64,000 nt of DNA from Mobula birostris (GCF_030028105.1 NC_092376.1:134848230-134912229); one strand, 5' to 3'. Counted from the stretch's first letter, positions 37,534-51,137 are shown. Translations and numbers: made by a program. The notes: a model not told the origin generated them from the letters alone.

Positions 37534-40290
37534 ACCAAATAAAGTCATGTCCTCATGACTTCTAAATAACTCGCCAACCAGTCCTGCAGACACACAACAC
37601 ACACATACACAGATACACACAGTGACAGTGCTCCCCAAACAGTGGGCCCTATGCCCATCCCACGGGCACTACATAGGCCAACCTATCTGGGAGCTTCTTA
37701 ACCCTCCGAGACCTCCGTACCCCCTCACCTAAACCCAAAAGGCTCAGACACCACTAGGAATACCTTGGGCCTGCTTGCCAACTCCTCTCTCACTCAGGCC
37801 ACCATTACAACTCGGAGCCCCCTGTCCTGTGTCCGGGGCCCCGCTTCTTTTCCTTCCTGGTCCTGCCGCAACTCAGACTGCCCTCAGCTAGCCCTCCCCA
37901 CTACACCTGACTCAGTGGGAGAAGGGCCAAAGGTCTCTTCCTCAATCATGGAGAAGTTAGCGAAAGGCAGCATGTACCACATGTCCAGCACATCATCCTT
38001 CGAATCTGTACTCTTCCTCATTCCCTCGATCGGTAGCTGCTGCTTAGGTTTCTCCAAACTGAAACATTTAACCGGGGCTACACCTTCAGCCTCCTGCAGT
38101 CAATACGTCAGCTTCTTCGGGGACTCCTTCAACCCTCGCCACAGCCTCCGCAGCTCTGACTCAGGGTTCTTGGCCATCTCAATCTGGGACGCAGTTACCC
38201 CACCAGCTTCTCCCACCCTGACCTGAAAAGCAGCAGTTAAAGGATGTTCAGCCTCCAATTTTTTCTTCCTGATGACATCTGCCAGATCAACTTTTAGTTT
38301 TTCCACTTCATTTAAACTGGTGATAGTCATCTTCAGGTTCCCTTCAAGCGTACGTCTCCCTTTTCTGAGATTTGTCCTCCATTTCTTCACCTCCTCGGGA
38401 GTGTAGTCAAACTCCCCTCCCTGGGCTCTCGGTTTTCTGTTGGTCTTAGTCAGAACACTTCCTTGATCTTTCCCAACTTGTAAGTCTTCCAATCTTTTCT
38501 GAATCGACGTCTTGAGTTTCTGCTGATCCCTTCGAAGGTGGGTCATTGTTTCTTCTCGCTGGATTAATTCATCAGTACATTGGCTCAGAATTCCGTTGCT
38601 CCTTCTCCACGTTGACGAGGGTGAATTCCAAGGCTGCAATGGTCATCCCACAAGCACAGCACTCAGTTCAGTGGTGCAAATCCCCTGTCTCCCGTGTCTC
38701 ATTCAGGTTGACAACCTGGGTTTCCATCCCCAGGTCCACCACCGTCTGTCCCAACACCAGGAAGTTCAACTGGTATTTCGGGTCATTTTTCTCACATTGC
38801 ACCAAACTCCTCTGGCCAAAAACTCTTCCACATTTGCCACTTCGCTTCTGTCGCCTGGGCTCAGCCACTCACTTTGCCTCATAGTCCCCCCAGGCAAATC
38901 CAAGCTCTAGGCGGTCATCCACATACGCCAAAACTCCACACACCTTCACTTCCCCCATGGTCTTCCTCATGCCCCGCGGGAAGGATGCAGGGGCTCCGGA
39001 TATGCCCTTGGGCATCTTTTCGGATTGGAAGAATCCTAGGGAACTAATAATGGCCATCTTCGGCTCGACAGCTGCACTCCTTGGGATCTGGCAACATCCA
39101 CTCCTCAGATCCAGCACATTAAACCACGTCGCATAATCCACAAACACGTTGCCTCCATCTTCCACAGCGCCAGGGTCCAGTGGCCGTGATCTCTCTCTCA
39201 CCGAGGTGTCTTCAGTGGTCAACTCCCCTCCCTCATGGTAGTTCGGAGCGTCTACTAAGAGGGTCTCACCCTCGGCTACTTTCCCCAGGCCGTACCACCG
39301 CTGGGTCTCGCTTAAATTCAGTACTGGCTCAAGGCTGCTACACATGTCCTCAGAAGCAACTCAACACGCTGGGTACCCAGACAATGCTCCCATGAACTTC
39401 AGGGTTATTATCCAATCATCGTCTTCTGGATAACTACTGGAACTGGTACCCAAAACCTCCGGTGCCCTTGCGGTTGTCAAGGGTAAATGCTTCAGACACT
39501 GGTTGTAAAACGAACTGTACAATAACTGGACCTGCGCCCCGGGGTCGTGGATAGCTTTAGTATTGCTTCCCTCTATCCATAACGACACCCTGGGGCATGG
39601 TCCCTCTAAGCCTTCAGGAATAGGGTCTTTTTCTTGCAGAAGTTCATTAGTATATTGCTGGGAACGTGCTTCCCCAGAGACCCCAAGCCGTTCCCCCACT
39701 GGGCCTCCACTAATTTTCCTGACACCTCTCTGATCAGCTGAACAACTGAAGGAGGGGCTGATCCCCTGAAATGATCCCCCTGGCCTTGCAAGCAATTTAG
39801 CCGCCCTCCTAGCCAGAGAAGACACACTGAAAACTTTCCCCCCTCTTTCAAATAACTGACAGCTGTCACTACAGTGTAAGTGAACCTGACAGCTCTAACA
39901 CTGTCACCAGCCCACCTACTCAAACTTTCAACCAATCCCTGTTGCTGTCCCTCAACCAAGCACTGCCACTCATCTAACAACTGAGAGATCCGCTCCGCCC
40001 ACGTCTCACACGCCTCTGCCCCTCTTGGGGTGGACACTATCCCAAGTGCCAGGCGGAGCCTGCCAGAGCTAGAACGTTTATTCACAGACACTACCTCCAA
40101 ATCAGACCACTCTTTCCTCTCTCTCCCAACTGCATGGACAGCCCCGAGTGCCATCTTCAACTTGTCAATGCCAGCCTGAACTTGACCAAAGACCACACCC
40201 ACCACACATACAGCAATAACCAGCAAATAACCCACAGAGACACACATTACAGATTTAAACAAGGCACCCACACAGCATACCAGTAGACCC

Positions 40291-40312
40291 AATCCTGGAC
40301 AAGAGCCCACAC
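40291..40312 (-). promoter_or_regulatory. Primer-binding site (tRNA-Pro-like)
   Basis: Minus strand tgtgggctcttgtccaggatt next to the 5' LTR resembles TGGGGGCTCGTCCGGGAT. Confidence 0.75.
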
Positions 40313-42360
40313 AATGTAGCCTCCCTGGCCAGCCTCAGGGTCGCTCGGCTCGCTGTCGTCTAGGGAAACAGCCCTCGGCCCCGCCAAACTGGGTAATAGT
40401 TTGTGTGGATGCTATGTGATGCACCCCACCCCGCCCAAATAACAGACAATACACCAGATACGATTAAATGATTTACAGTTTATAGATATTACTGGAACTA
40501 TATAATTAATAGAAAATAAAATATAAAAGGAAAATAAAAGGTGCCACACTTATCAAAGTTCAATCTCTTCGTGCACAAACAGTTGGAGCTCAGGACCCTT
40601 CTTCTTCACCCTGCGACCCCTCGGACCACCTCGACCGGCCACCTGGGACCAACAACGGTGGTCGACCAGACACTCCACCCGAGTCCGTCTCTGTCTCCTC
40701 GCCGAACGCCCTCCTTGGGATCCGACCCCGTTAGCGGACATCACAGCACCTGGTCCATCCCCTGTCTCTCTCTTCCGCATTCTCCCTCCAAAACCCTGTG
40801 CATACAAATCTTCCAGATACACCGAAAGCATAACAACTATCCCAATTGGTTCGTAATACCTTCTTATCACCACCTAACCCAAAACAAGCTGCTAGCGCAA
40901 AAACTTTCTCAGCGTTTAACATAACAAAGAAGCCATTTTAATTAGCCTACGCAGTAACATAAGAGACGAAACTCCCTTACACAAGCTTCTTCAAGTCTAG
41001 GGGTAAATAAATAGTCTTACGATGATGAGTAAAGTTCAGTTCAGTTTGTGGTATTGAGTTGAGTAGTGATGAAGAGAGAGAGAGGGGGAGAGATTTGAGT
41101 CTTCTGGTGAGATGATGCCGTCAATCTTCCCGTTGTTCTCCGAAATCCTTTAGAAGTCACTGACTGTGACCACAGCAAAGGAGACCGTTCTTCTGTGGTG
41201 GAATTATCAACTCAGGCGAGGGTCAGACACACAAGTAACTCCCCAGTGGTTACACCCTTTTCACACTGCGAGAGCCACTTATCGATCCTCCAAAACCTAC
41301 CTTTTCTGTGGGCACAACAAAGCTCATTCAGTGTCCAAAACCATGTGTCTGTAGGTCTAACAGCTGACCTTTTACTTATCTCACCCTGCTGATCACCAGC
41401 TGTCCATCAAGCAGCTCCTCCCTTCTCTCTCTGTAAGCACTTGGAAGCTGCCAATGTCCTTGCAAAGTGTAAACATGCTGCAGAGAAACCATAACACCAT
41501 CTCCAAGCAGTCTTCGTCTCTCTCTCTCTTAATAACAAGGTGTCTGGTGTTGAATAACTCTCTCTCGCTTTTTTCAAAAGCACAGTTCATAGGGGTAATT
41601 CAGGACCCCATCACAGTACTAATTGACAAAGAAAGAGAAAAAAGTACCTTGCTAGAAATTTATGTAGAGCCTCCAGCTGTTCACATTGAAACATCTTGAG
41701 CCAATTCCACTCACACAATGGCTGCTCCCACAATAGCTACTCCACATAAACTTCACTTCCTTTTATTCGCTCATATAAAACTTATACCTAGTTTTTAAAT
41801 TGTTTCCACTCTGCTCAGATCCTGCTCTCTCACTCGTTGCTTCAAAGAATTACTTTAGGAGCAGGGGCAGACCACGAATTTCCTCATGCCAGTTTTATCG
41901 TTAACTAAGATCATGTCAGATCTGACTGCCTCATGTCTGCATTCCCATCCACTCACAGCAAACCTTCACTTCCATACTTATCAAGAATATATTGATCTCA
42001 ACCTTACAAATATTAAACTATTCTGCTCCCACTGCCATTAAGGAAGAGATATTCAGAGACTCATAATTTTCTGAAGAAAAAAAACATCTAATTTCTTCCA
42101 TATTCCCTTCTTTTTAAACAATATTACATTTTCCATAAAGGAATTATTTTCCCACATCTGTCTTGTCAAAGCCCCTCTGAGTTCTGTATATTTCCTTCAA
42201 ATCATCTGCCATCTTTCTAATGGATACAAAACTTAGGTTGTCCATCTGTTCCTCATAAGACAACTTCTCCCATTCCTATATCAGTCAAGTAAACCTTCTC
42301 TGAATTATTTCCAATGCATTTGCACCCTTCCGGAAACAAGGAGATCATTACTGCTCTTGA

Positions 42361-42937
42361 GTTAAGGTAATGCTACAGCTATATAAGACCTTAGTTTGAC
42401 CCCACTTGGAGTACTGTGTTCAGTTCTGGTCACCTCATTACAGGAAGGATGTGGATACCGTAGAGGAGATTTGTAAAGATGTTGCTTGGATTGGAGAGCA
42501 CGCCTTATGAGGATAGGTTGAGTGAACTTGGCTTTTTCTCCTTGGAGTGATGGAGGTTGAGAGGTGACCTGATAGAGGTGTATAAGGTGATGAGAGGCAT
42601 TGATCATGTGGAAAGTCAGAGGCTTTTTCCCAAGGCTGAAATGGCTAACACAAAGGGGCATAGTTTTAAGGTGCTTGGAAGTAGGTACAAGGGGAATTTC
42701 AGAGGTATGTTTTTCACATGTGAGTGGTGGGTACATGGAATGCACTGCCAGTGAAGGTGGTGAGGTGAATACAATAGGATCTTTTAAGAGACTCTAAGAT
42801 AGGTACATGGAGATTAGAAAAATAGAGGGCTATGTCGTAAGAAAATTCTAGGCAGTTTCTAGAGCAGGTTACATGGTCGGCACAACATTGTGGGCTGAAG
42901 GGCCTGTAATGTGCTGTAGATTTCTATGTTTCTATGT
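42361..42937 (+). mobile_element. CR1 LINE 3' fragment
   Basis: LEYCVQFWSPHYRKD, RGDLIEVYK, tail tttctatgtttctatg. An opposite-strand CR1 tail lies at about 41850-42355. Confidence 0.9.
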
Positions 42938-43353
42938 TTAGTACTCTAGATGTGCTGCATACCTGTGAGGTTTTGCCTCTTCTGTGTGTCATATCATATT
43001 TGTATGCATATGATCGATTATCAGTAGCTCTGTGTGTGTGGGTGGAGAGATGCTGCTCTTGACATCCATCTGAATTCTCTTTTGCTTAAAGTATGTTGAT
43101 GTTTAACTATTTTGGTACCTCTGTTTCCCTACTCATGCTGAAGTGCCTGAGTTCAAATCAAATCCAGTTTTCTCTGATATAGCTTCGCTACCTTATAATT
43201 TTCTTGCTACACAGATTAGTAATAATAAGAAATTAGCTCAATTCTGCATACAATAAATACCCTGAAACTTAAAGGAAACAATTTTTGAAAAACAAAGATT
43301 CTCAGTATAACTGATATTTTTTCCTCCTCTTGAACTGTAAATTAAATCTTTAG

Positions 43354-43560
43354 ATTATTGTCTTCATCAAGGAAGGCTGATGATGTTAACTGTTTCATCA
43401 GAGACACATTTAACTTCATTATTTAATGAAAATCAGTATAACACGTCAGCACAGCTTGACTGTAGGAGACTGAACCACAGCATGTTTTATTTGCAGGACA
43501 AATCTTTCTAACTGCAGGTGTGAAGTCCATGGTCAGGACTCAGTATTATTCGAAATAATT
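43354..43560 (+). pseudogene. Membrane-proximal domain exon remnant
   Basis: Acceptor aaatctttag. IIV / SSSRKADDVNC / NQYNTSAQLDCRRLNHSMFYLQD resembles RPTP 'YQIIV.....YITAEL....F.IGD'. Confidence 0.4.
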
Positions 43561-44229
43561 TTTCAATTTTTACACTTGATTATAGATCAAAGAGCTCTTT
43601 CTTTTCAGTTGAGACTCCTAATCCATGAAATAGCAGAAGCTCAGATATCTTATTTTTATGATTTTTTTCATAATATTTAAATAATTTTAATAATCTCTTT
43701 TATCAATGTTTTAATAGTTTTAATTTTATTATGTTATTATTTAACTTTATTTTTCAGTTTTATTAAATAAATTTTAATTTTTTTCAGCATTCTTGAATGA
43801 CAAGATATTTTAAAAAGATTAAATTCTCTTGCAGACTTTGAAAAGTGACACATTTCAGCCTGAACTTTGCCTTCTGTTTAGTCCTGACTGTTGCAGGTAC
43901 TCATGCACAGCAGTAACATTCAGTTAGGCGAAGTGCAAATCTGTATTTCCTGACAAACAAATACCTTTAATGGATCAGTTAAAAACAAGCACTTGAATTA
44001 TACAAACCTTACTAACTGCATGCACACACACCCACTAGGTTTTCCTGTCCTTCTGTATACAATCAAGGAATAGACAAGGTAATACCCAAGAAGAGGAGTT
44101 TATGCTAGGCTGGTGAGCCTCTTGATCCAGGTGTAATCTCCACATCTCCACTTCTGTGATTGTTGGCCTCCTGGGTTGTTGCTGGTGGTACTCCTGAAAT
44201 CCTCCATTCTTATCCTCTTTCCTGTTAGA

Positions 44230-47200
44230 TTAAAGTCAAAGTCAAGGCTAATTTATTATCTAAGTGCACATACTGTATGTTGCTATGTACTACCTTGAAA
44301 TTCATTTTCTTTCAGGCATTTACAGAAAAATAAAGGAATAGAATATAATTTATGATAAACAATTCATTAGTGAAGACTGCATATATATAAACATAACTTG
44401 AAGAGTCCTTGAACGTAAGTCTGTACGTTGTGGAATCGGTCCAGTTGTATCTTCTACCTTCTATTGACTTTTCAGTTTCTGGGCATTAGTGTTTCCATAC
44501 TGGGCTGTAATGCAACCAACTTGGATACTCTCCAATGTGCACCTGTAGAGGTTTGTTATTGTTTTAGGTGCCAAATCTCTTCAGACTTCAAGCACAAGTT
44601 TATTGTCATTTGACTGTACATTTACAACTAAAGGAAACAATGTTCCCCTGGACCACAATGCACCCACAAAACATATAACACACTCAGCACAAAAACCAAA
44701 ATATTACCATAAATAAGTTGACAAAATATAATTCAAAATGCACACAGTGCAGGTAAACAGTAAACAGTACAGAATATAGTAAACGGCATCCTGACCTAGT
44801 GGGAAGACCTTGGTGGTGATAGGTATTCATTACACTCACAGCCTAAGGGAAGAAGCTGTTATACAGGCTGACATTCCTAGTCTTGATGCCTCTGTGCCTC
44901 CTTCCTGATGGTAGAGGCTCAAAGTTATTGGTGGATTGGTGGCTAGGGTCCTTCACAATGCTTTGGGCCTTTCATCTGCGACAATCCCTGTAAACGTCAC
45001 AAATAGTGGGGAGAGAGACACTGGCAGTCTTAACTATTCTCTGTAGGGTCTTGTCATGTGATGCCTTTTAAACTCGGTACAACACAATGATGCAGCCAGA
45101 CAGGACACTCTGAGGGGTGCTCCTGAGGAAAATTGTTAGTATGGGGCTGGGCATCCTCGCACACCTTGGTCCCCTCAGAAAGTGTAGACACTGTTGTGCC
45201 TTCTTGACTAATGAGGAGATGTGATAGGTCCAAGTTAGATCATCCATTATATGCACACCAGGCAACTTTGGTGCTCTTCACTCTCTCCACAGCAGAGCTA
45301 TTGATGTGGAATGGAGCGTGGTCAACCGGCACCTTCCTGAAGTTCACAATCATCTCTTTTGTCTTGTCCACGTTGAGGCTCAGGTTGTTCTCCCTCCATT
45401 TGACAAGCCTCTCAGTCTCCCCTCTATATGCTAACTCAGCATTGTTGCTGATGAGACCAACCACTGTTGCATAATCAGTGAAGCTGATGATGTGATTTGA
45501 GCTGAATCTGGCAGTGCAGTCATGGGTCAGCAGAGAACTCAGCACACAGCCCTGGGGAGCAACAGTGCTCAGCGTGATGGAGCTTCAGATGTTGCTGCCA
45601 CCTTGGACTGACATGGACATTTCCATGCAGAGCCTCAAGATCCAGTTACAGAGAGGGTGGTGAGTCCCAATGAGGACAGTTTACCCACCAGCCTCTGAGG
45701 GACGATCATGTTAAACACCAAGATGAAGTCAATAAACAACATCCTGGTGTATGAGACATTGTTTTCTAGGTAGGACACCACAGAGTGGAAGTGGGGAGGC
45801 TATGGCATCATCAGTGCACTTGTCTGAGGGGTAGCTAAACTGGAAAGGATCAAATGTAGCTGGAAGAGGGCATTTTATATGTTCCATTGCCAACTGCTCA
45901 AGGCACTTCATTATTGTTGAATTCAGTGCCACTGGGCAGTAATTGTTTAGGCCAGTTACCATTACTCTCTTGGGCACCAGAATGAGGGTGGCTGCCCTGA
46001 AGCCTGTAGAAGCAGTGGATTGTTTCAAAGAGATGCTAAAGATGTCCATTAAGACCTCTGTTAGCTGTCTGCACAGTCCCTCAGTACCCGAGCATGTATG
46101 TTGTCCAGCCCTGCAGTTCATCTTGGGGTTACCTCCTCACCTCAGCTATGGCCAGAGACAGAGCCTGTTCCTCAGGGAGAGAGATGGCTTTACTCAGTGC
46201 CACATCCTTCAATGCATCAAATTGTGTATAGAAGGCATTCAGCCTGTCAGAAAGGGAGGCATCAGAGTCACTGATGGGCAGGACAGACTTGTAATATGTT
46301 ATGGTTCGAACACCCTGCCACGTGAGCTGCATGTTCCTCTTGGCACAAAGGTGTCTGTGAATTTTCTGTTCTTACCCATGCTTTTCCTGGGAGAGCAAGG
46401 CTCTTCCTTGCCTTAGAAGCATCCTGACCCCTAATATGAAGGCATTGGCCTGATCCCTAAGCAGAGCACGAATCTCTGCAGTTAGCCATGGTTCCTGTTT
46501 TGTCCTGGTAGTGTAGCGTTTAATCATGGTAACATCAATGCAATATTCTATGTCTCCAATCAACGATCCCACATATTGATCAACGTTGACGTGATGATCA
46601 TTTGTAACCACCCCTCTGAATAAGCTCCAGTCCGTGCTTTCAAAACAGTTCTGCAATGCTGAGGTGGCTCCCTCTGGCCAGGTCCTGTTCTCCCTGTAAA
46701 CCTGTCTACTTCTAAGAAGGTAGAGGCACTGTTATGCCTTCTTTGTGACGGATCTTCCATGCTGGTCCCAGGACAAATACTTCAATATAATAATGCCGAG
46801 AAATTTCAAATTACTGACCCACTCTACCTCTGATCTTATAATGAGGACTGGCTCCTCCTGTTACTTCCTCCTGCACTAGATAACCAACACTTTGGTTTTG
46901 CTGATGTTGAGTGAGAGATTATTATTGTGGCACCCCTCAGATGGATTGTCAATCTCTCTGCACCACGCCGATTCTTCACTACCTTTGGATTGGCCAATGA
47001 CAGTGGTGCCACCAGCCAACTTAAATATGGCAGTAGAGCTGTATTTAGCCACACAATCACAGGAATAAAGTGAGTAGACCAGGGAGCTAAGCATACAACC
47101 TTGTGATGCACCTGTGCTGAATGTGATTGTGGTGGAGAAGTTGTTACCAATGCGTACTGACTGGGACCTGCAACTGAGTAAATTGAGGATACAGTTGTAT

Positions 47201-48810
47201 AGGGAGGTGTCCCAGCCCTGATCCTGGAGCTTATTGATTAGCTTTCAGGGGATGACAATGTTAATTACTAAGCTGTAATCAATGAAGAGCATCCTGATGT
47301 ATGCACCTTCATGGTCCAAGCTTTCCAAAACTGGTTAAAGGGCCAATGAAATAGCATCTTAAAACTATAAGACATAAGAGCAGAATTAGGCCATCTGGCC
47401 CAACAAGTCTGCTCTGCCATTCAATCATGGCTGATCCTTTTTTCTATCTCCTCCTCAACCCCAGTTCTCAGCCTTCTCCCCGTAACCATTGATGCCATGT
47501 CCAGTCAAGAACCTATCAATCTCTGCCTTAAATACTCCCAACAACCTGGTCTCCACAGCAACAAATTCCACAAATTCACGACCCTTTGGCTAAAGAAATT
47601 TCTCCACATTTCTGTTTTGAAAGGGTGCTCCTCTATCCTGAGGCTGTGCCCTCTTGTCCTAGACTCTCCCACCATGGGAAACATCCTTTTCACATCTACT
47701 CTGTCTAGGCCTTCCTACATTCAAAAGGTTTCAATGAGATCTACCCTCATCCTTCTGAATTCTAGAGAGTACAGAGCCATCAAACATTCCCCATATGATA
47801 ACTCTTTCATTTCTGGAATCATCCTTGTGAACTTCCTCTAAACCTTCTCCAATGCCAGCACATCTTTTCTAAGATGAGATGTTCACAATACTCAAAGCCT
47901 CAGCATCACATCCTTCTGTTGACCTGTGTGACATTAGGCAAATAGAATGGATCTAATTCACTCCTCAGGCAGAAGTTGATATGCTTTGTGATCAACCTTC
48001 ATTCACAGCAGATGTAAGTGTTACTGGTCAGTAGTTATTGAAGTAGCTTACTACATTGTTCTTGGGCACTGGTATGATTGAAGCCTGCTTGAAGCATATG
48101 GGTACCTTAGACAGCCAATTGATTGTACTTGGCCAGGTACACTGTCTGGGCCAGATGCTTTTCATGGATTCACCTTCCAAAATAATGCTCTCACATCGGC
48201 CTCAGAGACTAAGATCACAGGGCCGTCAGCTGCTGTGGGAGTTCATGAAGTTGCCTCCATGTTCTCTTGGTCTAAGTGAGTGAGTTCATTAGGAGCAAAA
48301 CCTTGTTGTCACTTATGATGTTTTTCATTTTGCCGCAACTCTGCCACAACTGTCGAGCACCCTCCATGTTTCAAGTTTAGTCTGAAATTGCCACTTTGCA
48401 TGTGATTTGATTTTCAAGAAGTCATACTTGGATCTCTTGTACTTTCCTGCATTGCCAGTCCTGGATACCTCCGAGCTAGCTCTTAGCAGATTGTGAATCT
48501 CTTGGTTCATCTAGGGCATCTAGTTTCAGAAGATCATGAATAATTTTGTGGTGCCACACAAGTGTCTTTATAAAGTCTGAGACAACCTTGGTGTATTCAT
48601 AGTCCCAGTCCACCAACTCGAAGCAGACCCGAGCTGCTCCTCTAACTCCTGCGATCACCTTTTTATTGTCCTTACCTCTGCTTCCTTGTTCTTTGTTCTC
48701 TTCCTATGTGCAGGCAGGAGAAGGACAGCTGGGTGATCAGATCCCCAAAATGTGGTCGAAGGATAGAACTGTAGACATTCTTGATGATAGTATAGCAGTG
48801 GTCAAGTAGT
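44230..48810 (-). mobile_element. Cluster of nested Rex1/Babar LINE pieces
   Basis: CFESTDW, NNYCPVALNSTIMKCLE, LLTHDCTARFSSNHIISFTDYATVVGLI, SLVKKAQQCLHFLR. At least two elements are present. Confidence 0.8.
47362..47915 (-). mobile_element. CR1 LINE 3' end nested in Rex1
   Basis: RTRGHSLRI...RNFFSQRVVNLWN, tail tcttatgtcttatag. Confidence 0.9.
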
Positions 48811-49989
48811 CAGTCTGTATATTTCAATTTTGTTCGCTCAGGCTAATTTGACTGGCCGTGTGAGCTTTTCATTCGATCTGGCCCAAGGTTAGAAGCAGTG
48901 TTACTTAATTCTGAGTCACGCCTCAGGTGACTTCCTTAGTTTTTTTTAACCAAATCAGACCACTTCAAATCAGTTCAGTCGGGTCAGTCAAAGACAAGCC
49001 TTAGACTTCTTCAGATCACAGGCTGTTCTATTCACAAGCCAACAATCCCTACATAACCAAATAAATTGTTTCTTATTTTGAAATGTTCTCGAGATAAGCA
49101 GATCATCTGCAGAAACTTCATTTTGTTCATTTTCAATTGCTCTGATAAAGTCATCCCTGATCAAGAACCAGTTCACAAAATGGTGGCTACATGAAAATAC
49201 CTACAAAATGGCAACCTTCAGTCCTTTAGCCACATGGCAAGAACACAAAAAACGTTTGGTTTGTCTTCTTCCATTGCCCATGCCTCATTCCTGTTTGCTG
49301 ATTTGTAGGTTTTCATTACTTTTGGGCAACACTGACAGAGGTGTTCTGGGGGCAACACCTCAGCTCTATGTCACTTGAAGTTTGGATGTCCTTTGAAGCC
49401 TACTGTTCAGTTCCTGGACATGGATACCTTCTGCATCTGAACAAGATAAGTTTGGGTCGCTGAAGCTAGATCCAGTCTATCACATCTGATATTATGTATT
49501 CCCAGTGTAGTCGTAGATTAGTTTTGTTGTGCTTTGTTGTACCTTTTTTGTATGATGCATAGCCAAAAGAATACATTAGGGAAGCTAATAAGGATTACAA
49601 ATTATTCTATTTAGCTTTCATGCGAACTGCAGGATGTAAGATGTACCGGATAAAAATACTTGAGATATTCATGCAAATGAAAGAACCAATGTGAGTAATT
49701 TTGCCACATCTTTTTAGCTAGTACATCATATTAATAGTATTAGAAAGGATTAGCTGGGAAACAGACAGGCCCTAGTGCCACCTGGCTATGTAACTCAATG
49801 TATCCAATATATGTGTGGTTTGATTTAGTTGCCAAGCAATACATTTTTGCATGATTATACTAAGGAGATTGGAAGCCAGTGATAGCACAAGTTTTAAGCG
49901 GATTGCTTCCAAATTATTACTTATGGAGCAAAGGAAAGCCTCTGCCAATGTGTGTGAAGTCCAACAATGCAATGTCATGTTGGCCTTCA

Positions 49990-50081
49990 GCCATTATTTA
50001 GTGGCTGGGTTTTCAGAGTGTTTAATATTCCTGGGAAGTAGTGATAAGCACAGCTTTGATATCAACATGGACAACTATTAG
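49990..50081 (+). pseudogene. Transmembrane-helix exon remnant
   Basis: HYLVAGFSECLIFLG / VVISTALISTWTTIR with a 1-nt frameshift, ending AG|gtgggt (phase 2), as is typical of type I TM exons. A short acceptor/donor-flanked segment follows at 50143-50219. Confidence 0.45.
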
Positions 50082-50688
50082 GTGGGTAAGATAATAAAAT
50101 AATAATTATGCCTTATAGTGCAACATTGTTTTTCATTTGCAGTATCTCCTACAGAAGTGCTACTCTTGTAAAGTGGTTAATAACATGTCATCAGCTGAAG
50201 TTGAGCTCAATGAAATGCAGTAAATCCAATTAAAGGACAAAATATGTTTCTTTGATAATAAATCTGCATTCATTTTTTTTCAAGAAACTTCTAAGTTCTG
50301 TTTAATTAAACCTTGAAGCATTTATATGTTTTGCCATGACATGTTTTTAACATTAAGTTATAAAATATTATGTGGTGATGGATTTTTTTTTAACCATTGC
50401 TAACTGTGGCCCACCTGAGAAATATCAAATGCAGGTGTAAAAGCACTGTTATGGTTGCTAAGCAGCAGCAACCAGGCAGAAGTGTAGTTCAAGGCCCTCC
50501 TTTGAAGATTGTTGCTGAAAGATTCAGAGCAATCTCTGTTTTTTCCTCATCTTTTTCACTTCAACCTTGGAAATTAATTCAGTGTTGCTCCTGGGGCTAC
50601 ATACCTACACTTTTACCTTCTGAACCTTTTCACTGCATATTAACAGAACTTTTTCCTGAGACATTTCCAATATTTCTATTAAAACAAG

Positions 50689-51137
50689 AAAGAAAGGGAG
50701 AATGAGGAAAAGATTTCCATAAATGTTGCGATCATCCCTTCAACGAGACCTGGTACTGACTTGCATGCAGTGATCCATAGGTTGCAACAAATATTTGCTC
50801 TGGACTTGAAGTTCATATCTAACAACCCTACATTAGACATTGTATGTGAAGTGTATAGATTAATTGCAATTTTTATGGCAAGGTGCATTCTCTGTCACTC
50901 TAATTCTGACAGTGTAAAATAGATGGTTTTTCAAGTCAATGGTCCTTTTATCCGCATTGGAAGTAATTCAAAATGAAGCCTATAAAGCTCCAGAGAAATT
51001 CGAATAGGGTGTAGATTACAAAGATAAAACGTTAATTTTTTCTCTTGCTTTCCTCCTTTTTCTTTGGTCCTGTTCCTCTCCCTACACAGTGGCAGGCAGC
51101 TTGAAGATCAAATTCATTTTTGCAGAATGAATAGACA
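50689..51137 (+). pseudogene. Juxtamembrane and PTP N-terminal motif remnants
   Basis: Open frame ...IIPSTRPGTDLHAVIHRLQQ... Then EAYKAPE...R/YKD (KNRY-like) at about 50985-51025, and FIFAE*ID (YINA.YID-like) at about 51115-51137. Confidence 0.3.

Larger units (their letters stand above)
36855..40981 (-). mobile_element. Gypsy LTR retrotransposon, internally deleted
   Basis: LTRs at 36855-about 37521 and 40315-40981, TGTAA...TTACA, caag TSD. tRNA-Pro-like PBS, PPT, PNMA-type gag, protease (AIHDPGAQV), RT pieces ([22 protein letters not shown]), IN tail RRSRRVKKLPDRL. Confidence 0.93.
36673..41615. mobile_element. Solo LTR (about 810 bp) split by a Gypsy element
   Basis: TGTCACA...TCACA termini with gtac TSD (36669-36672, 41616-41619). 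Pieces 36673-36854 and 40986-41615. Confidence 0.8.
27295..41770 (-). mobile_element. Full-length CR1 LINE split into three pieces (27295-29640, 35164-36672, 41616-about 41770)
   Basis: RT (LDFLKAFENVP, VPQGSVL, KLVDDTK) and EN in the first piece. Sequence resumes in register at 35164. ORF1 at 35900-36600. Confidence 0.8.

Noticed and set aside
43650-43790. Very AT-rich tract
   Set aside because: Low complexity with no discernible structure.
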